NCBI GenBank assembly: GCA_964016885.1
Contig: OZ024743.1
Coordinates: 271,808,001 to 271,872,000, forward strand
DNA length: 64,000 bases
Direction: 5' to 3'
Source: Eledone cirrhosa
Taxonomy: Eukaryota
Both the position numbers and the translations under genes were made by a program. Numbering within the stretch: the first letter of the stretch is position 1; the number at the start of each line of letters is the position of its first letter. This document shows, piece after piece, positions 14,041 through 27,326 of the stretch. The notes beneath the pieces are model-generated. The model was given only the letters and a program-made list of their open reading frames with translations. It did no database searches and was not told where the DNA came from.

Positions 14041-14945
14041 AATATGATTGTTTTACTACAGAGGTCCATTACCCCTCCTTCTATATCTCACTCTCTCTCT
14101 GTATATATCATAAAATTCTCTAAAAAGGCTACAGAATAGATTTCCAAATAAGGACGCAAAAATTTAATGAAAACTTGTTCACGTGACAGCCATAATTTCA
14201 TTTATAACCAATCAAATTACGTTTATTAAAAAAAAGCCTTCGTGAGCCCCCTTTTTTAAAGTAAAAAGAAATTCAAACACACACACACACAAATAAACAT
14301 ACATATCTTTACTTTCTTAATTCAATAGAAAATCTGAATTCTGAAACCCCAGCGAACTAACCATATTCACTGAACCAGAACAATTCTCCGATCCCATTTC
14401 TCTTGACCATGATCTTTTGCTTGTCAGAAAATTCTCTAAAAAGGCTACAGAATAGATTTCCAAATAAGAGCGCGAAAATTTAATGAAAACTTGTTCACGT
14501 GACAGCCAAAATTTCATTTATAACCAATCAAATTACATTTATTAAAAAAAGCCTTCGGGAGACCCTTTTTTTAAAGTAAAAAGAAATTCAAACACTCATA
14601 TATGAACCCCCCCCCCCTGTTTGAAGAACTTTGTAACGCGAACTGGCGCGAAATTTATTATAATAAATTACTTCTCTAAAAACCTGGCATTTTGAGCCAC
14701 TTTTTTCCATATAAAACAAGTAACATTCAGAGACCAACCAGATGTGAGAAAAACCACAGACCCTCCATCTTAACTCTACTTTTGAAAAGCAGTAGAACTG
14801 CGAAACCGGTAAAGGAACCAAATAAATATATATATTTTTTTAAAAATAAGACTCCAGTTGCATTTTCGATTTCATCTTTTTTTCTCTATACTTTCACTCG
14901 TGTAGGACACCTCGGTTATTTTTCATTTTGTAAAGAAATCCTCGC

Positions 14946-15020
<75 letters not shown>

Positions 15021-15160
15021 CATATATATTTATTTATACATATATATATATACGTAGAGAGAGAGATAGAGAGAGGAGGGAGAGTGAGAGAGAGACATAT
15101 GCAAACATTAATAAATTTATAAATGTATGTACTGGTATGTAGTGTATAACTACTACTCAC

Positions 15161-15301
15161 CAATGAAGATTGAAATGGAAGTTCCTTGATTCCAAACAAT
15201 ACCAAAACTGAAGACAGAATAAGGGCTGATGGCACCATGAAGGACAGCATTTTCACCTCCAGATATACCAGTTTGAAGTTCAACAGCAGTGTGATATTGA
15301 C
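15161..15301 (-). CDS. Multi-avidin gene exon 14: avidin domain B2, part 2 (GQYHTAVELQTGISGGENAVLHGAISPYSVFSFGIVWNQGTSISIFIG)
   Basis: Avidin motifs GxYxTAV, LHG, FxFxxxW; canonical splice sites, 141 nt. Confidence 0.95.
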
Positions 15302-15669
15302 CTTCAGTGAAATAAAATTCTTAAATCAGTAAAATAATCAATTCTATGATGACAGTGTTATTAGTATTTTCCAAAAATCAATATAGTTAAGCATAATATT
15401 ATATGAAGCCCATAACCAAAGACACACACGCAGACGTGCGCACACACACACACACGCGCACACAAATATTAAGTTGTTTGCTAAGCAGCCAAAGTAGGGT
15501 TTATAAGACCCTTGGTTATGTATGTCTTTTGGGTTGGTAAGATGATATACATAACTTCTGATGAGATCCCAACTAGGTTAAAAAATTTCTAACACTAAAT
15601 CTCTAAATCTAAATAAATGTTAAAAGTAATTTTCCAGATTTTGATATGTTGAAAATAGATTCTGCTTAC

Positions 15670-15756
15670 CTTCGAATAGTCCATCTTGATTTTGTCTTAC
15701 AACCATTGAAGAGCCCAAGTCATTATACCAAGTACCATTGAGGCTACAGTTGGTTG
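15670..15756 (-). CDS. Multi-avidin gene exon 13: avidin domain B2, part 1 (TNCSLNGTWYNDLGSSMVVRQNQDGLFEG)
   Basis: CSLNGTWYNDLGSSM against chicken avidin CSLTGKWTNDLGSNM; canonical splice sites, 87 nt. Confidence 0.95.
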
Positions 15757-15870
15757 CTGGAGAAATTGGGGTGATTATTTATTAAAGATTTATGTTGAAG
15801 TTTGGTTATTGATTTAAGGACATTTATGGTAGCTGAAGCACTAAGCTATATACTACAGCTGTGACGGCTA

Positions 15871-17034
15871 CCGTATATACTCGCGTATAGGTCGCACTTT
15901 TTTAACGATAAATAAGTATAAATTTTTGGTGTGCGACCTATCCGATCGACATCAGACTGACCAATGATTTTTCATAGATTAATCAACGATGAGTATTTAT
16001 AAAAAATAATTTGTTAATATTTTTTATTATTTAACATAATAATTTCATATATCTACCTTCTTATACATATATTTCTTGATTTTAAATTTTTTACTAAAAC
16101 TTCGTAGTGTTTACGAATATGAAAAAAAAATATTTAATTAACAGGTGTAAAAGTAATAACTTTATGGATAAACACAAAAATTTAAACTTTATCTGCTTTA
16201 CCCGTTAGATTTGTTGCAAAAAAATTCAATAATGATCTAGATGTTGACTTCCATCAATTCTAGCAGTTTTCCGAACAGGTGAATTAATTAAAAATGCAGA
16301 TATAATCAGTAAAAGGTTTTAGTCTTTCTCTACATTCCAGGCAAATATTTTCATTGAAAAAAATGTATAAAACCTTTTCACCAGTCAAAATAATATTTGC
16401 AATGTACTCTTGCACAATGTACGGTGTAAATTTACGTAACAGAGTGTTCCCAATATACAGGTGTGAACATTGTATCTTTCAACCACGTTGCTGTAATATT
16501 TTCAATGGTGTCCGTCAGATCTTCGCTTTCACTTTCAAAGTAACTATCATTGTCAGAAATAAATACGTCTGATTCATTTGAAGATAAATCACTAATATTA
16601 TCTTGTGTTTCTTTTTCATTTCGAATGTCGTCGCATGTAAAACCTTCAAAGTCGGTATTCGCTACTTTGGGAAGCCATGTTGATACGCGAAAAATCTGTT
16701 ATACTTTCAACGTTAAAAAACACGTGTTATTTCAAGTTTAATTTTCGCGCTTAAAGGCTTTATCTTGCAGTAATCTCGAATTGACGAAATTTCGATGACA
16801 TTAATGTTTATTTTATAAATAAAACATGGTTTGGAGTATATATCGCAACAGTGAAGTAATGGAAAGCTAACAGATTATTAGTTTCAATTATTCAATTTTC
16901 ATAAAAAATAGTAATTTGACGGCCCAAATTTCAGTGCGACCCATCTGCAAGTCAATGGCAAATAGCCTATTTGTTAAATGAAAAGTGGGTATGCGACCTA
17001 TCTGCCGGGGCGACCTATACGCGAATATATACGG
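15871..17034. mobile_element. Non-autonomous Tc1/mariner-superfamily (pogo/Tigger-like) DNA transposon
   Basis: TIRs CCGTATATACTCGCGTATAGGTCGC / GCGACCTATACGCGAATATATACGG; TA target duplication at 15869-70 and 17035-36; splits one minisatellite unit. Confidence 0.85.
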
Positions 17035-17036
17035 TA

Positions 17037-19545
17037 AATCATTGAGTATGTATCACAGCTGTGACAGTTAAACCACTGAGTTATCTACCACAGCTGAGAC
17101 AGCTAAACCACTGAATTATGTATCACAGCTGTGACAGCTAAACCACTGAGTTATATACCACAGCTGTGACATCTAAACATCTGAGTTTTATACCACAGCT
17201 GTGACAGCTAAACCACTGAATTATGTGTCACAGCTACATCATAGAGGTATGTATCACAGATGTGACAGTTAAACCACTGAGTTATATACCACAGCTGTGA
17301 CAGCTAAACCACTGAATTATGTGTCACAGCAACACCACAAAGGTATGTACCACAGCTGTGATAGTTAAACCACTAAGGTATGTACCATAGCTGTGACAGG
17401 TAAACCACTGAGGTATGTACCAGAGCTGTGACAGCTAAACCACTGAGGTATGTACCACAACTGTGACTGGTAAACCACTGAGGTATGTACCACAGCTGTG
17501 ACAGCTAAACCACTGAGGTATGTACCACAGCTGTGACAGCTAAACCACTGAGGTATGTACCACAACTGTGACTGGTAAAAAAATGAGGTATGTACCGCAA
17601 CGGTGACTGGTAAACCACCGAGGTATATACCGCAACTGTGACTAGTAAACCACTGAGGTATGTACCGCAACTGTGACTGGTAAACCACTGAGGTATGTAC
17701 CACAACTGTGACTGATAAACCACTGAGGTATGTACCACAACTGTGACAGCTAAACCACTGAGGTATGTATCACAGCTGTGACAGGTAAACCACTGAGGTA
17801 TGTATCACAACTGTCACAGCTAAACCACTGAGGTATGTACCACAACTATGACAGATAAATCACAGAGGTATATATCAGAGCTGTGACAGATAAACACTGA
17901 GGTATGTATCACAGCTGTCACAGCTAAACCACTGAGGTATGTATCACAGCTGTCACAGCTAAACCACTAGTTATGTACAACTGTGACAGCTAAACCACTG
18001 AGGTATGTACCACAACGGTGACAGGTAAACCACTGAGGTATGTACCACAACTGTGACAGGTAAACCACTAAGCTATGTATACAACTGTCATAACTAAACC
18101 ACTGAGGTATGTATCACAGCTATGACAGGTAAACCAGTGAGGTATGTACTGCAACTGTGACTAGTAAACCACTGAGGTATGTACCACAGCTGTGACAGCT
18201 AAACCACTGAGGTATGTATCACAACTGTGACAGGTAAACCACTGAGGTATGTACCACAACTGTGATTGGTAAACCACTGAGGTATGTACCACAACTGTCA
18301 CAGCTAAACCACTGAGGTATGTACCACAGCTGTGACAGCTAAACCACTGAGGTATGTATCACAACTGTGACAGGTAAACCACTGAGGTATGTACCACAAC
18401 TGTGATTGATAAACCACTGAGGTATGTACCATAACTGTGACTGGTAAACCACTGAGGTATGTACCACAACTGTGACTGGTAAACCACTGAGGTATGTACC
18501 ACAACTGTGACTGGTAAACCACTGAGGTATGTACCACAACTGTGACTGGTAAACCACTGAGGTATGTACCACAACTGTGATTGGTAAACCACTGAGGTAT
18601 GTACCATAACTGTGACTGGTAAACCACTGAGGTATGTACCACAACTGTGACTGGTAACCACTGAGGTATGTACCACAACTGTGACTGGTAACCACTGAGG
18701 TATGTACCACAACTGTGACTGGTAAACCACTGAGGTATGTACCACAACTGTGACTGGTAAACCACTGAGGTATGTATCACAACTGTCACAGCTAAACCAC
18801 TGAGATATGTACCACAACTGCGACTGGTAAACCACTGAGGTATGTATCACAACTGTGACTGGTAAACCACTGAGGTATGTACCACAACTGTGACTGGTAA
18901 ACCACTGAGGTATGTACCACAACTGTGACTGGTAACCACTGAGGTATGTACCACAACTGTGACTGGTAAACCACTGAGGTATGTATCACAACTGTGACTG
19001 GTAAACCACTGAGGTATGTATCACAACTGTCACAGCTAAACCACTGAGGTATGTATCACAACTGTGACAGGTAAACCACTAAGCTATGTATACAACTGTG
19101 ACTGGTAAACCACTGAAGTATGCACTACAACTGTGACATCTAAACCACGGAGCTATGTATCACAGCTGTCACAGCTAAACCACTAAGTTATGTACCCCAG
19201 CTAAACCACTGAGGTATGTACCACAACTGTGACAGCTAAATCACAGAGGTATGTAGCACAGCTGTGACAGGTAAACCACTAAGGTATGTACCACAGCTAT
19301 GACAGCTAAACTTTGAGGTATGTACCATAGATGTGACAGCTAAACCCTGAGGTATGCACCACAACTGTGACATCTAAACCACTGAACTATGTACCACAGC
19401 TGTGACAGCTAAACCACTAAGTTATGTATCATAGTTGTGACAGCTAAACACTGAGGTATGTACCACAGCTGTGACAGCTAAACACTGAGGTATATATCAG
19501 AGGTGTGACAGATAAACACTGAGGTATGTACCACAACTGTGTTAG
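17037..19545. repeat. 35-bp minisatellite (TAAACCACTGAGGTATGTACCACAACTGTGACTGG), about 70 copies
   Basis: Period of 35 measured at 18481/18516; a remnant unit at 15830-15870 lies left of the transposon. Confidence 0.95.
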
Positions 19546-20107
19546 ACTATGATGTATCAGAATGAATAGGTGTGGTTTATGATATGGCTTCCTAAGCTAT
19601 CAGGAGTAATTCCATAGTATGCTGTGGCATATAAACATATTTTAACATCTATAATGGTATTTTATAACTATTCCTGGCTGTAGAGAAATGTGAACTCACA
19701 AAACTAAGTGGTATATGTTCATAAGAGCTCTATCAATCTAGATTATGTGAAGTTCTCTCTCTTTCCCCCCCCCCCTCTCTCTCTCTCTATATATATATAT
19801 AGAGAGAGATATATATAAATAGATAGATAGATAGATAGATAGACAGATAGATAGATTAATGGATGAATGGACAGACAGACAGATAGATAGAAAAATAGAG
19901 AAAGAGAGAAAGAGAGAAAGAGAGAAAGAGAGAAGAGAGATATATAGAGAGAGATAAAGAAATATGTAGATATATATAGATAGAGAAAGAGGCACGGAGT
20001 AAAAGAAACAAGAGAGAAAGAGAGAGAGAGAGAGAGTAAGGAGGGAGTAGATGAAAAAAAGGAAGAGAGATATTTCAGTGCTTTCTTGCTTTTATTGCCA
20101 TACTTAC

Positions 20108-20141
20108 GTTGATTATAAGTTTCAAAGTCTGAGAATTCGGC
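20108..20141 (-). CDS. Multi-avidin gene exon 12: 34-nt linker micro-exon (AEFSDFETYNQP)
   Basis: Pyrimidine tract CTTCTTTCTTCTGATTGTAG acceptor, AAC|GTAAGT donor; phase 0-1 exactly bridges exons 11 and 13. Confidence 0.75.
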
Positions 20142-20300
20142 CTACAATCAGAAGAAAGAAGATTAAATTTAGCAAACACTGGAATTCTAACAATTTTGTT
20201 TATTGGATCAGAATTTATGTCAATGCCATAATTCCATTTGTTGGGATTAGATCCCACAAAACTCACCTTTCTATACAAATAAAGAGTTCTATATTACATA

Positions 20301-20641
20301 TGAGGGTTGGCTGAAAAGTTCATAGGCTGATTATGAAGGAGTGATGCTAGAGCTGTGAAATCTTGCATGCATTTATTTCAACCATTTTTATTAATAACTA
20401 CATTGTTTATTTCTGGGGACTATGTTGGAAAATAAACCTCATTTGGTCATTCCATGAGAGTATCTTGGTCAGCCTATGAAGGAGTGATGCTAGGGCTATG
20501 AAATCTTGCATGCATTAATTTCAACTCTTCTTATTAATAACTGCATTGTTTCTTTCCGGGAACTATGTTGAAAAATAAACCTCATTTGGTCATTCCATGA
20601 GAATATCTTGGTCAGCCTATGAACTTTTCAGCCGTCCCTCA
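20301..20641. mobile_element. Mariner-type MITE with an internal tandem duplication of about 145 bp
   Basis: TIR TGAGGG..GGCTGAAAAGTTCATAGGCTGA / TCAGCCTATGAACTTTTCAGCC..CCCTCA; TA on both flanks. Confidence 0.8.
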
Positions 20642-20780
20642 TAAGCTATCATACCTGGCTACATACAGGGCTTAATTAAACATTAGGCAGAATAATTATA
20701 TATTAAAGGCATCAAAGGCATCAAAGGAAAAGGGGCAATATTTTATTCAAGAGGGCATCATAATTTTAAAGGGATTAGGG

Positions 20781-21064
20781 CAGTCATGGGCAACCTGCGG
20801 CCCGCGAAGCTTTCTGAATGGCTTGCCAAAGTCACCTAAGTGAAATCTTCTTGATTTTTTTTCTTCAACTTTTCAGTTGTAATTTATCTTTCTATCATTT
20901 TTACAATTGAGGAAAACATCATGTACAAAGAAACAAATCAAAACAACCTGAGTTCCTGCCCTTTTTTTTAATGTGGCCATGAATGTAAATTAGTACTTGC
21001 GGCCCACCTGATGATGAATCATATCTCATGCAGCCCGCTTCTCGAAAAAGGTTGCCCATGCCTG
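20781..21064. mobile_element. hAT (Charlie-like) MITE
   Basis: TIR CAGTCATGGGCAACCT / AGGTTGCCCATGCCTG; exact 8-bp TSD GATTAGGG. Confidence 0.88.
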
Positions 21065-21147
21065 GATTAGGGTTTCAAAAAGACTTAATCTGCATCTATG
21101 TATGCAGCAATATTACACGGCCATTAACAGACCTGACTACGCAGTAT

Positions 21148-21535
21148 TGGTGGATTGGCAGTATCGGTAGAGGGTCGGACGCCATGCTTTGACGTATAGA
21201 GTTACGGCCCTTGCCATTCTGAGTTCAAATCTCGCTGAGGTGAACTTTGCCTTTCATCCTTACGGGGTCGATAAAATAAAGTATCAGTAATGCACTGGGT
21301 AATTGCTGGCCTTGTGCCAAACGTAGAAACAGTTATATTTCTATATTACGAGGTCGATAAAATAAAGTACCAGTGGTGCACTGGGATAATCGCTGGCCTT
21401 GTGCCAAAAGTAGAAACTATATTACAAATCCCACGAGGTTAACTTTGCCTTTAATCCTTACGGGGTCGATAAAATAAAGTACCAGTAATGCACTGGGTAA
21501 TTGCTGGCCTTGTGCCAAAAGTAGAAACAGTTATA
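21148..21535 (+). mobile_element. tRNA-derived SINE family 1 (many copies: 5700-6100, 22345-22520, 42640-42830, 45832-46030, 63720-64000 and others)
   Basis: A-box-like TGGCAGTATCGG, B-box GAGTTCAAAT, conserved body TTTGCCTTTCATCCTTACGGGGTCGATAAAATAAAGTACCAG. Confidence 0.8.
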
Positions 21536-22930
21536 TTTCTATATTACACAAATATTAACACACCTGACTACACAGTAATATATTTCTATATTACACAAAT
21601 ATTAACACACCTGACTACACAGTAATATATTTCTATATTACACAAAGATTAACACACCTGACTACACAGTAATATAGTTCTATATTACACAAATATTAAC
21701 ACACCTGACTACACAGTAATATATTTCTATATTACACAAATATTAACACACCTGACTACACAGTAATATATTTCTATATTACACAAATATTAACACACCT
21801 GACTACACAGTAATATAGTTCTATATTACACAAATATTAACACACCTGACTACACGGTAATATAGTTCTATATTACACAAATATTAACACAACTGATTAC
21901 ACAGTAATATATTTCTATATTACACAAAGATTAACACACCTGACTACGCAGTAATATGTTTCTATATTACACAAATATTAACACACCTGATTACACAGTA
22001 ATATATTTCTATATTACACAAAGATTAACACACCTGACTACGCAGTAATATATTTCTATATTACACAAAGATTAACACACCTGACTACGCAGTAATATAT
22101 TTCTATATTACACAAAGATTAACACACCTGATTATACAGTAATATATTTCTATATTACACAAATATTAACACATCTGACTACACAGTAATATATATCTAT
22201 ATTACACAAAGATTAACACACCTGATTACACAGTAATATATTTCTATATTACACAAATATTAACACATCTGATTACACAGTAATATATTTCTATATTACA
22301 CAAAGATTAACACACCTGACTACACAGTAATATATTTCTATATGCGGTGGATTGGCAGTATTGGTAGAGGGTCGGACGCCATATTTGACGTTACGACCCT
22401 TGCCATTCTGAGTTCAAATTCCGCCGAGGTTAACTTTGCCTTTCATCCTTACGGGGTCGATAAAATAAAGTACCAGTAATACACTGGGTAATTGCTGGCC
22501 TTGTGCCAAACGTAGAAACAAATATATTTCTATATTACACAAATATTAACACACCTGACTACACAGTAATATATTTCTATATTACACAAAGATTAACACA
22601 CCTGACTATGCAGTAATATATTTCTATATTACACAAAGATTAACACACCTGACTACACAGTAATATATTTCTATATTACACAAATATTAACACACCTGAC
22701 TACACAATAATATATTTCTATATTACACAAAGATTAACACACCTGACTATGCAGTAATATATTTCTATATTACACAAAGATTAACACACCTGACTACACA
22801 GTAATATATTTCTATATTACACAAAGATTAACACACCTGACTACACAGTAATATATTTCTATATTACACAAAGATTAACACACCTGACTATGCAGTAATA
22901 TAGTTCTATATTACACAAATATTAACACCT
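21535..22930. repeat. 47-bp minisatellite (ATATTTCTATATTACACAAAGATTAACACACCTGACTACACAGTAAT), interrupted by a SINE at about 22345-22520
   Basis: Period of 47 measured at 21541/21588. Confidence 0.95.
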
Positions 22931-23718
22931 GTAAAAATTGATGTGAAAATTAATACACCTGTGTTTATATATAAATAATTATGTTATTTCTTCCATCAAC
23001 TTACACAGACATTTCTTTGTCATACTGGGGATCAGAAATGCAATGAATCCTTAATTGGCTCAATTAACCCTTAACTGACATTGTTATTATTTGCAGAATG
23101 TCATCATCACCACCACACCACCTCCACCACCACCACCATCATCACCATCACCATCACCATCACCATCACCATCATTATTATCACTGTCATTCTTGTTCTC
23201 ATTTAATGTTGGTTGATATTAAAGACTGGTCAGCACTCAAGCAGAATCTGTGACCTCCAGAAGGGTTGAGGATCTGACTTACAATCTCACACTCTATTGA
23301 ATGTATTTTATTGTGGCACCAGTACTAGAGAGGTCACATCTTTGCCATAGTTGGAGAGTCTTTCCAACCCTTTATTTGGCAAGTTTTTTTAATAACTGAA
23401 TACCATTTGTATCACCAACTACTTTACAAAGTGTACAGGTATAAATATTGAATAAACTAATTAATTAATAAAACCTTGCCACATTTTAACTAAATACTCT
23501 TTATATAAAGCATTAGGATAGTAGGTTAGCACAGTCATTAGTGCATCAGATGAAATGCATAGCAGTATTTTAGGTTAACTTTGCCTTTCATCCTTACGGG
23601 ATCGATAAAATAAAGTACCAGTAATACACTGAGTAATTGCTGGCCTTGTGCCAAAAGTAGAAATAATTATTAACAAAATGAATAAGAAAAACTAATTAAA
23701 AATAATCAAATTACTTAC

Positions 23719-23885
23719 TATGTAATTTGCCCAGTAATCATGTATCTTAGGAGGATCATTGTTCTGGCTTGGTTTCAGTTCATGGGAAGAAATCTTAGTT
23801 GGTGTGTATTTAGTACAGTTCACATAATCATATTTCATCAATGTAATCTTCAAAATTTCAATTTGGTCTGTCTTAAATATCAATC
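23719..23885 (-). CDS. Multi-avidin gene exon 11: domain A2, part 3, plus linker (GLIFKTDQIEILKITLMKYDYVNCTKYTPTKISSHELKPSQNNDPPKIHDYWANYI)
   Basis: TTCTTCAG acceptor, ATA|GTAAGT donor, 167 nt, phase 1-0; paralog of exon 4. Confidence 0.88.
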
Positions 23886-24129
23886 CTGAAGAAAATGACA
23901 GTAAAAAGTTATAGAAATAACAAAGACAAAAAGGAAAATAAAAATATTTTCACATTAATCCTTTAGCATTTAAACCGGTCATATCCAGCCAGAATTTTCT
24001 CACCTTTTTCTACTTAAACCAGTTGTAACTGACCGCTCATATTGATGTTAGTATATTGAGATTTTGATATTATTCATCTTGAGAACAATATCTTAACATA
24101 TAATTTTCGGCGGAAGCAGGGCAGTGCGT

Positions 24130-24171
24130 GGTTCTGATGAATGCCAACCAGCGTGAAACAGACTGTCAGCC
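24130..24171 (+). ncRNA. Compact type I hammerhead ribozyme motif; related degenerate copy at 25305-25345 (-)
   Basis: GGTT-CTGATGA-ATGC caacca GCGT-GAAA-CA gac TG-TC-AGCC. Confidence 0.7.
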
Positions 24172-24529
24172 TCTCTCCCTTCTTTCGCTGAAAATAAGTA
24201 GGTGACGTAGTCACTACTTTAAAACTGATACAAATGGTCTTCTAAATGTTTTTAATTAAACATACGGTATATGAGTGGCCGGTTATAGCCCTTTTGAAGA
24301 GAAAGTGGTGAGAGAATCCTGGCTAGATATGGCTGATTTAAATGTTAAAGGGTTATGGTATTGTTCTCAAAATAAATAACATTAAAATCTCATAGATTCG
24401 ATATTAAGATAAAGCCTTTACCACAAAAATACAATAGCATATATAGAGTAATGTAAATGCTAAAGGGTTAATCTCAGACAATAATTCTTACTTATGTAAA
24501 ACAGTAAAAAGACAAATACATTATATATA

Positions 24530-25224
24530 CTAGCAGAAAAACCACCCTTCGGGTGGTTTTCTGCTAGCATGTGTAGTGTGTATATTGATATTATACGCAA
24601 GTATATATACATGTAGATATGATACATCAAATAAAATCGTAATTGACAATATAAACAGAAATTGAACGAAGACGTTGTTACACTGTCTTAGGTAATCAGT
24701 AATGGAATCCATGATACATTAAAAAAAGTTTATATTATATATAAACTGCATTAGGAGAAAATTAGTGAAGGAAAATTAGTATGTTTATTTAAGTGATCGC
24801 TACCGGAAGTGTTGACATCACACACTCTCTCTTTCTATATATATATATGGTAGTTGAAGTGGTGGTGGTGGCAACGAGATACCGGAACTGCAACTTTGAA
24901 AAGAAGTCAATTTAAAATTATTTATTTTTACGAAATTATTTTTGTTTACAAAATTTAGTAGATAAATTATGTAATATTCATTCATTATTTATTCAAAGTA
25001 ATCCAACTTATTTTACTAATGAGATAAAAAATAATTGTTTCTACTTTTGGCACAAGGCCAGCAATTACCCAATGCATTACTGGTACTTTATTCTATCGAC
25101 CTCGGAAGGATGAAAGGCAAAGTTAACCTCGGCGAGATTTGAACTCAGATCATACAGGTAATAATGGGATAAAAAATAATAAACTGTACGCAGTCCCGCA
25201 GACCTTCCTTTATTATAATTTAGA
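24530..25224 (-). mobile_element. Probable non-autonomous Helitron; second copy at about 46120-46746
   Basis: Minus strand begins TC..TAATAAAG and ends with hairpin GCAGAAAACCACCC-GAA-GGGTGGTTTTTCTG followed by CTAG|T; two diverged copies. Confidence 0.55.
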
Positions 25225-25575
25225 TATCATCATCATCTTCATCATCATATGAATGTATGTATAGTATATTTGGCAATATACCGTATGTTTAATTAAAAAC
25301 ATTTGCTAACAGTCTTTTTCACGCTGGTTGGCGTTCATCAGAACCACGCACTCCCCTGCTGCCGCCGAATACAGCTTCTATAATTTTCGGCGGAAACAGA
25401 CTGTCAGCCTCTCTCCCTTCTTTCGCTGAAAATAAGTAAGTGACGTAGTCACTACTTTAAAACTGATAGCAAATGGTCTTCTAAATGTTTTTAATTAAAC
25501 ATACGGTATATTGCCAAATATACTATACATACATTCATGTATACATCGCTATTTCAGAGCACCAATCCTAATTCC

Positions 25576-25616
<41 letters not shown>

Positions 25617-25756
25617 TATAGATATATATATATTTAATGCGTAGAAATAGCCATGATCCCCAGCAGACAACTGATGAAGGAAAATTTTCTCCCATTCATG
25701 CTTTCCTCTTATTTATAAGTACACCTTATCCAGCAACTACACATCCCCTGTTTCTT

Positions 25757-25825
<69 letters not shown>

Positions 25826-25937
25826 AATTTATATCTAGTAACATTTATATACATACAGATGCATATCAATGCTAGCAAATATATAGGTAAGTCAATTTTA
25901 TAATTTTTTTATAATTTTATAATTTTCTTATTTTACG

Positions 25938-26005
<68 letters not shown>

Positions 26006-26154
26006 TGAAAACACTGGTTCTCATCCAATCACTGTAGTTAAGCAGCTTTGAGTCTAGTTAGTACTTAGATGACTGACTGCTTGGAAAACCTTGCTTCTGT
26101 AAGCATCTTTAGTCTAACCCATGCAAACATGGAAAAATGGATGTAAAAACGGTG

Positions 26155-26193
<39 letters not shown>

Positions 26194-26657
26194 TTCATTC
26201 ATAGAGCTTTAATTGGTGTAAGTTATAGTAAGAGATATTTGCCCAAACAGAGTCGAATTGAACTTGAAACCATGTTACTGCAAAGGAAACTTCTTAGCCA
26301 CACAGCCATGTGTAGTTCTATTAATTTTCTTTTTTTTTTATTTAAACACCATTCCTTCATTTGTATCGATGTAAATGTCAGTTTCTAAAAGTGTGACTAT
26401 ATTAGATCTGCCAACCTCTAAAAACCCAAACAGGATGTACCATGAAAAAAAGTTCTCCAAAATGGGGAGAAAAGAGACAAAATAGGGAGATTTTACATAA
26501 TGAAAGCTATACTTATTTTCACAGAAACAGGGAGACAGAGAGAAATGAGCCAAAACAGGGAGATTACTCCATCAAACAGGGAGAGTTGACAGGTCTGCTA
26601 TATTCTTCTGCTGGAATTATAGTAAAAATCATTAAAGATAATTAAAATGTTCAATAC

Positions 26658-26726
26658 CTGATATACCAATAGCAGTGGTGTTGCTTGCTCCGTAGAGATA
26701 AAATGTATTGTTGTTTGTAATGGCAC
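26658..26726 (-). CDS. Multi-avidin gene exon 10: domain A2, part 2 (GAITNNNTFYLYGASNTTAIGISG)
   Basis: TTTTTGTAG acceptor, CAG|GTATTG donor, 69 nt; paralog of exon 3. Confidence 0.85.
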
Positions 26727-27200
26727 CTACAAAAATAAAAGCCAATGATCAAATTAGCAGTGAAGGAGTGTGCTCTGAGAGTGTAGTAATGACAATAAGA
26801 AGAGGATAGAAAAAGTGCAGCGAGCTACTACTTCTGAAGTAGAGAAGACTAAAGAAAACCCAGGTGGAGGTGGTACGAGCTGATCTTAAATTGCTGATGC
26901 TCTCAGAGGAGATGACAAAGGAACATAACAAGTTTGATAAAAGACCCATCCATCCCATGAAAGCATGAAAAAGTGAACATAAATTGGTGATGATGATAAA
27001 TAATTTCCTGAACTCAAAAATCTTCATTCAAATAAAATAAACAAATATAACAACTATATAACAAGTTTTAATGTCATTAGACAATGTTTTTTTTATTAGA
27101 AATGTAGTAACGAAAGGGTAAATTGTGTTTTATGAAATCATAATTATAAACAAGTTATTTCCATTGTAATCTAAGTTAGGAGACAAGCAAGCATACTCAC

Positions 27201-27326
27201 CTCTCATTTTGTATTGCCGTCTACAGGGAAGAATAGCCTCAGCAGTCAATGCCTCATTTGGTCCATTGAAATAAATTTCCAAACCTTCCTCGCTATACCA
27301 GCTGCTGGTAAAATTACTTTTAGACT
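27201..27326 (-). CDS. Multi-avidin gene exon 9: domain A2, part 1 (ESKSNFTSSWYSEEGLEIYFNGPNEALTAEAILPCRRQYKMRG)
   Basis: CTTTTATAG acceptor, GAG|GTGAGT donor, 126 nt, phase 1-1; shares SWxSEEGL, LTA, C, Y and RG with exon 2. Confidence 0.85.

Noticed and set aside
14894-15283. Hydrophobic 129-aa ORF (and 38780-38980) suggesting a membrane protein
   Set aside because: It is the wrong reading frame of avidin exons 14 and 7. The avidin frame fits the splice phases and motifs.
17037-19545. Regular 35-bp repeat resembling a CRISPR array, and long ORFs across it
   Set aside because: The units are head-to-tail with no unique spacers and there are no cas genes. The ORFs are a by-product of a stop-free tandem unit.
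20075-20278. 67-aa ORF as a full exon
   Set aside because: It would end in phase 0, which is incompatible with phase-1 exon 13. The 34-nt micro-exon fits. Similarity to 44900-45030 is explained by duplicated intron flanks.
23005-23024. 20-nt AG...GTAAGT candidate micro-exon on the minus strand
   Set aside because: Phase 0-2 breaks the frame, and I found no paralog in the first unit.
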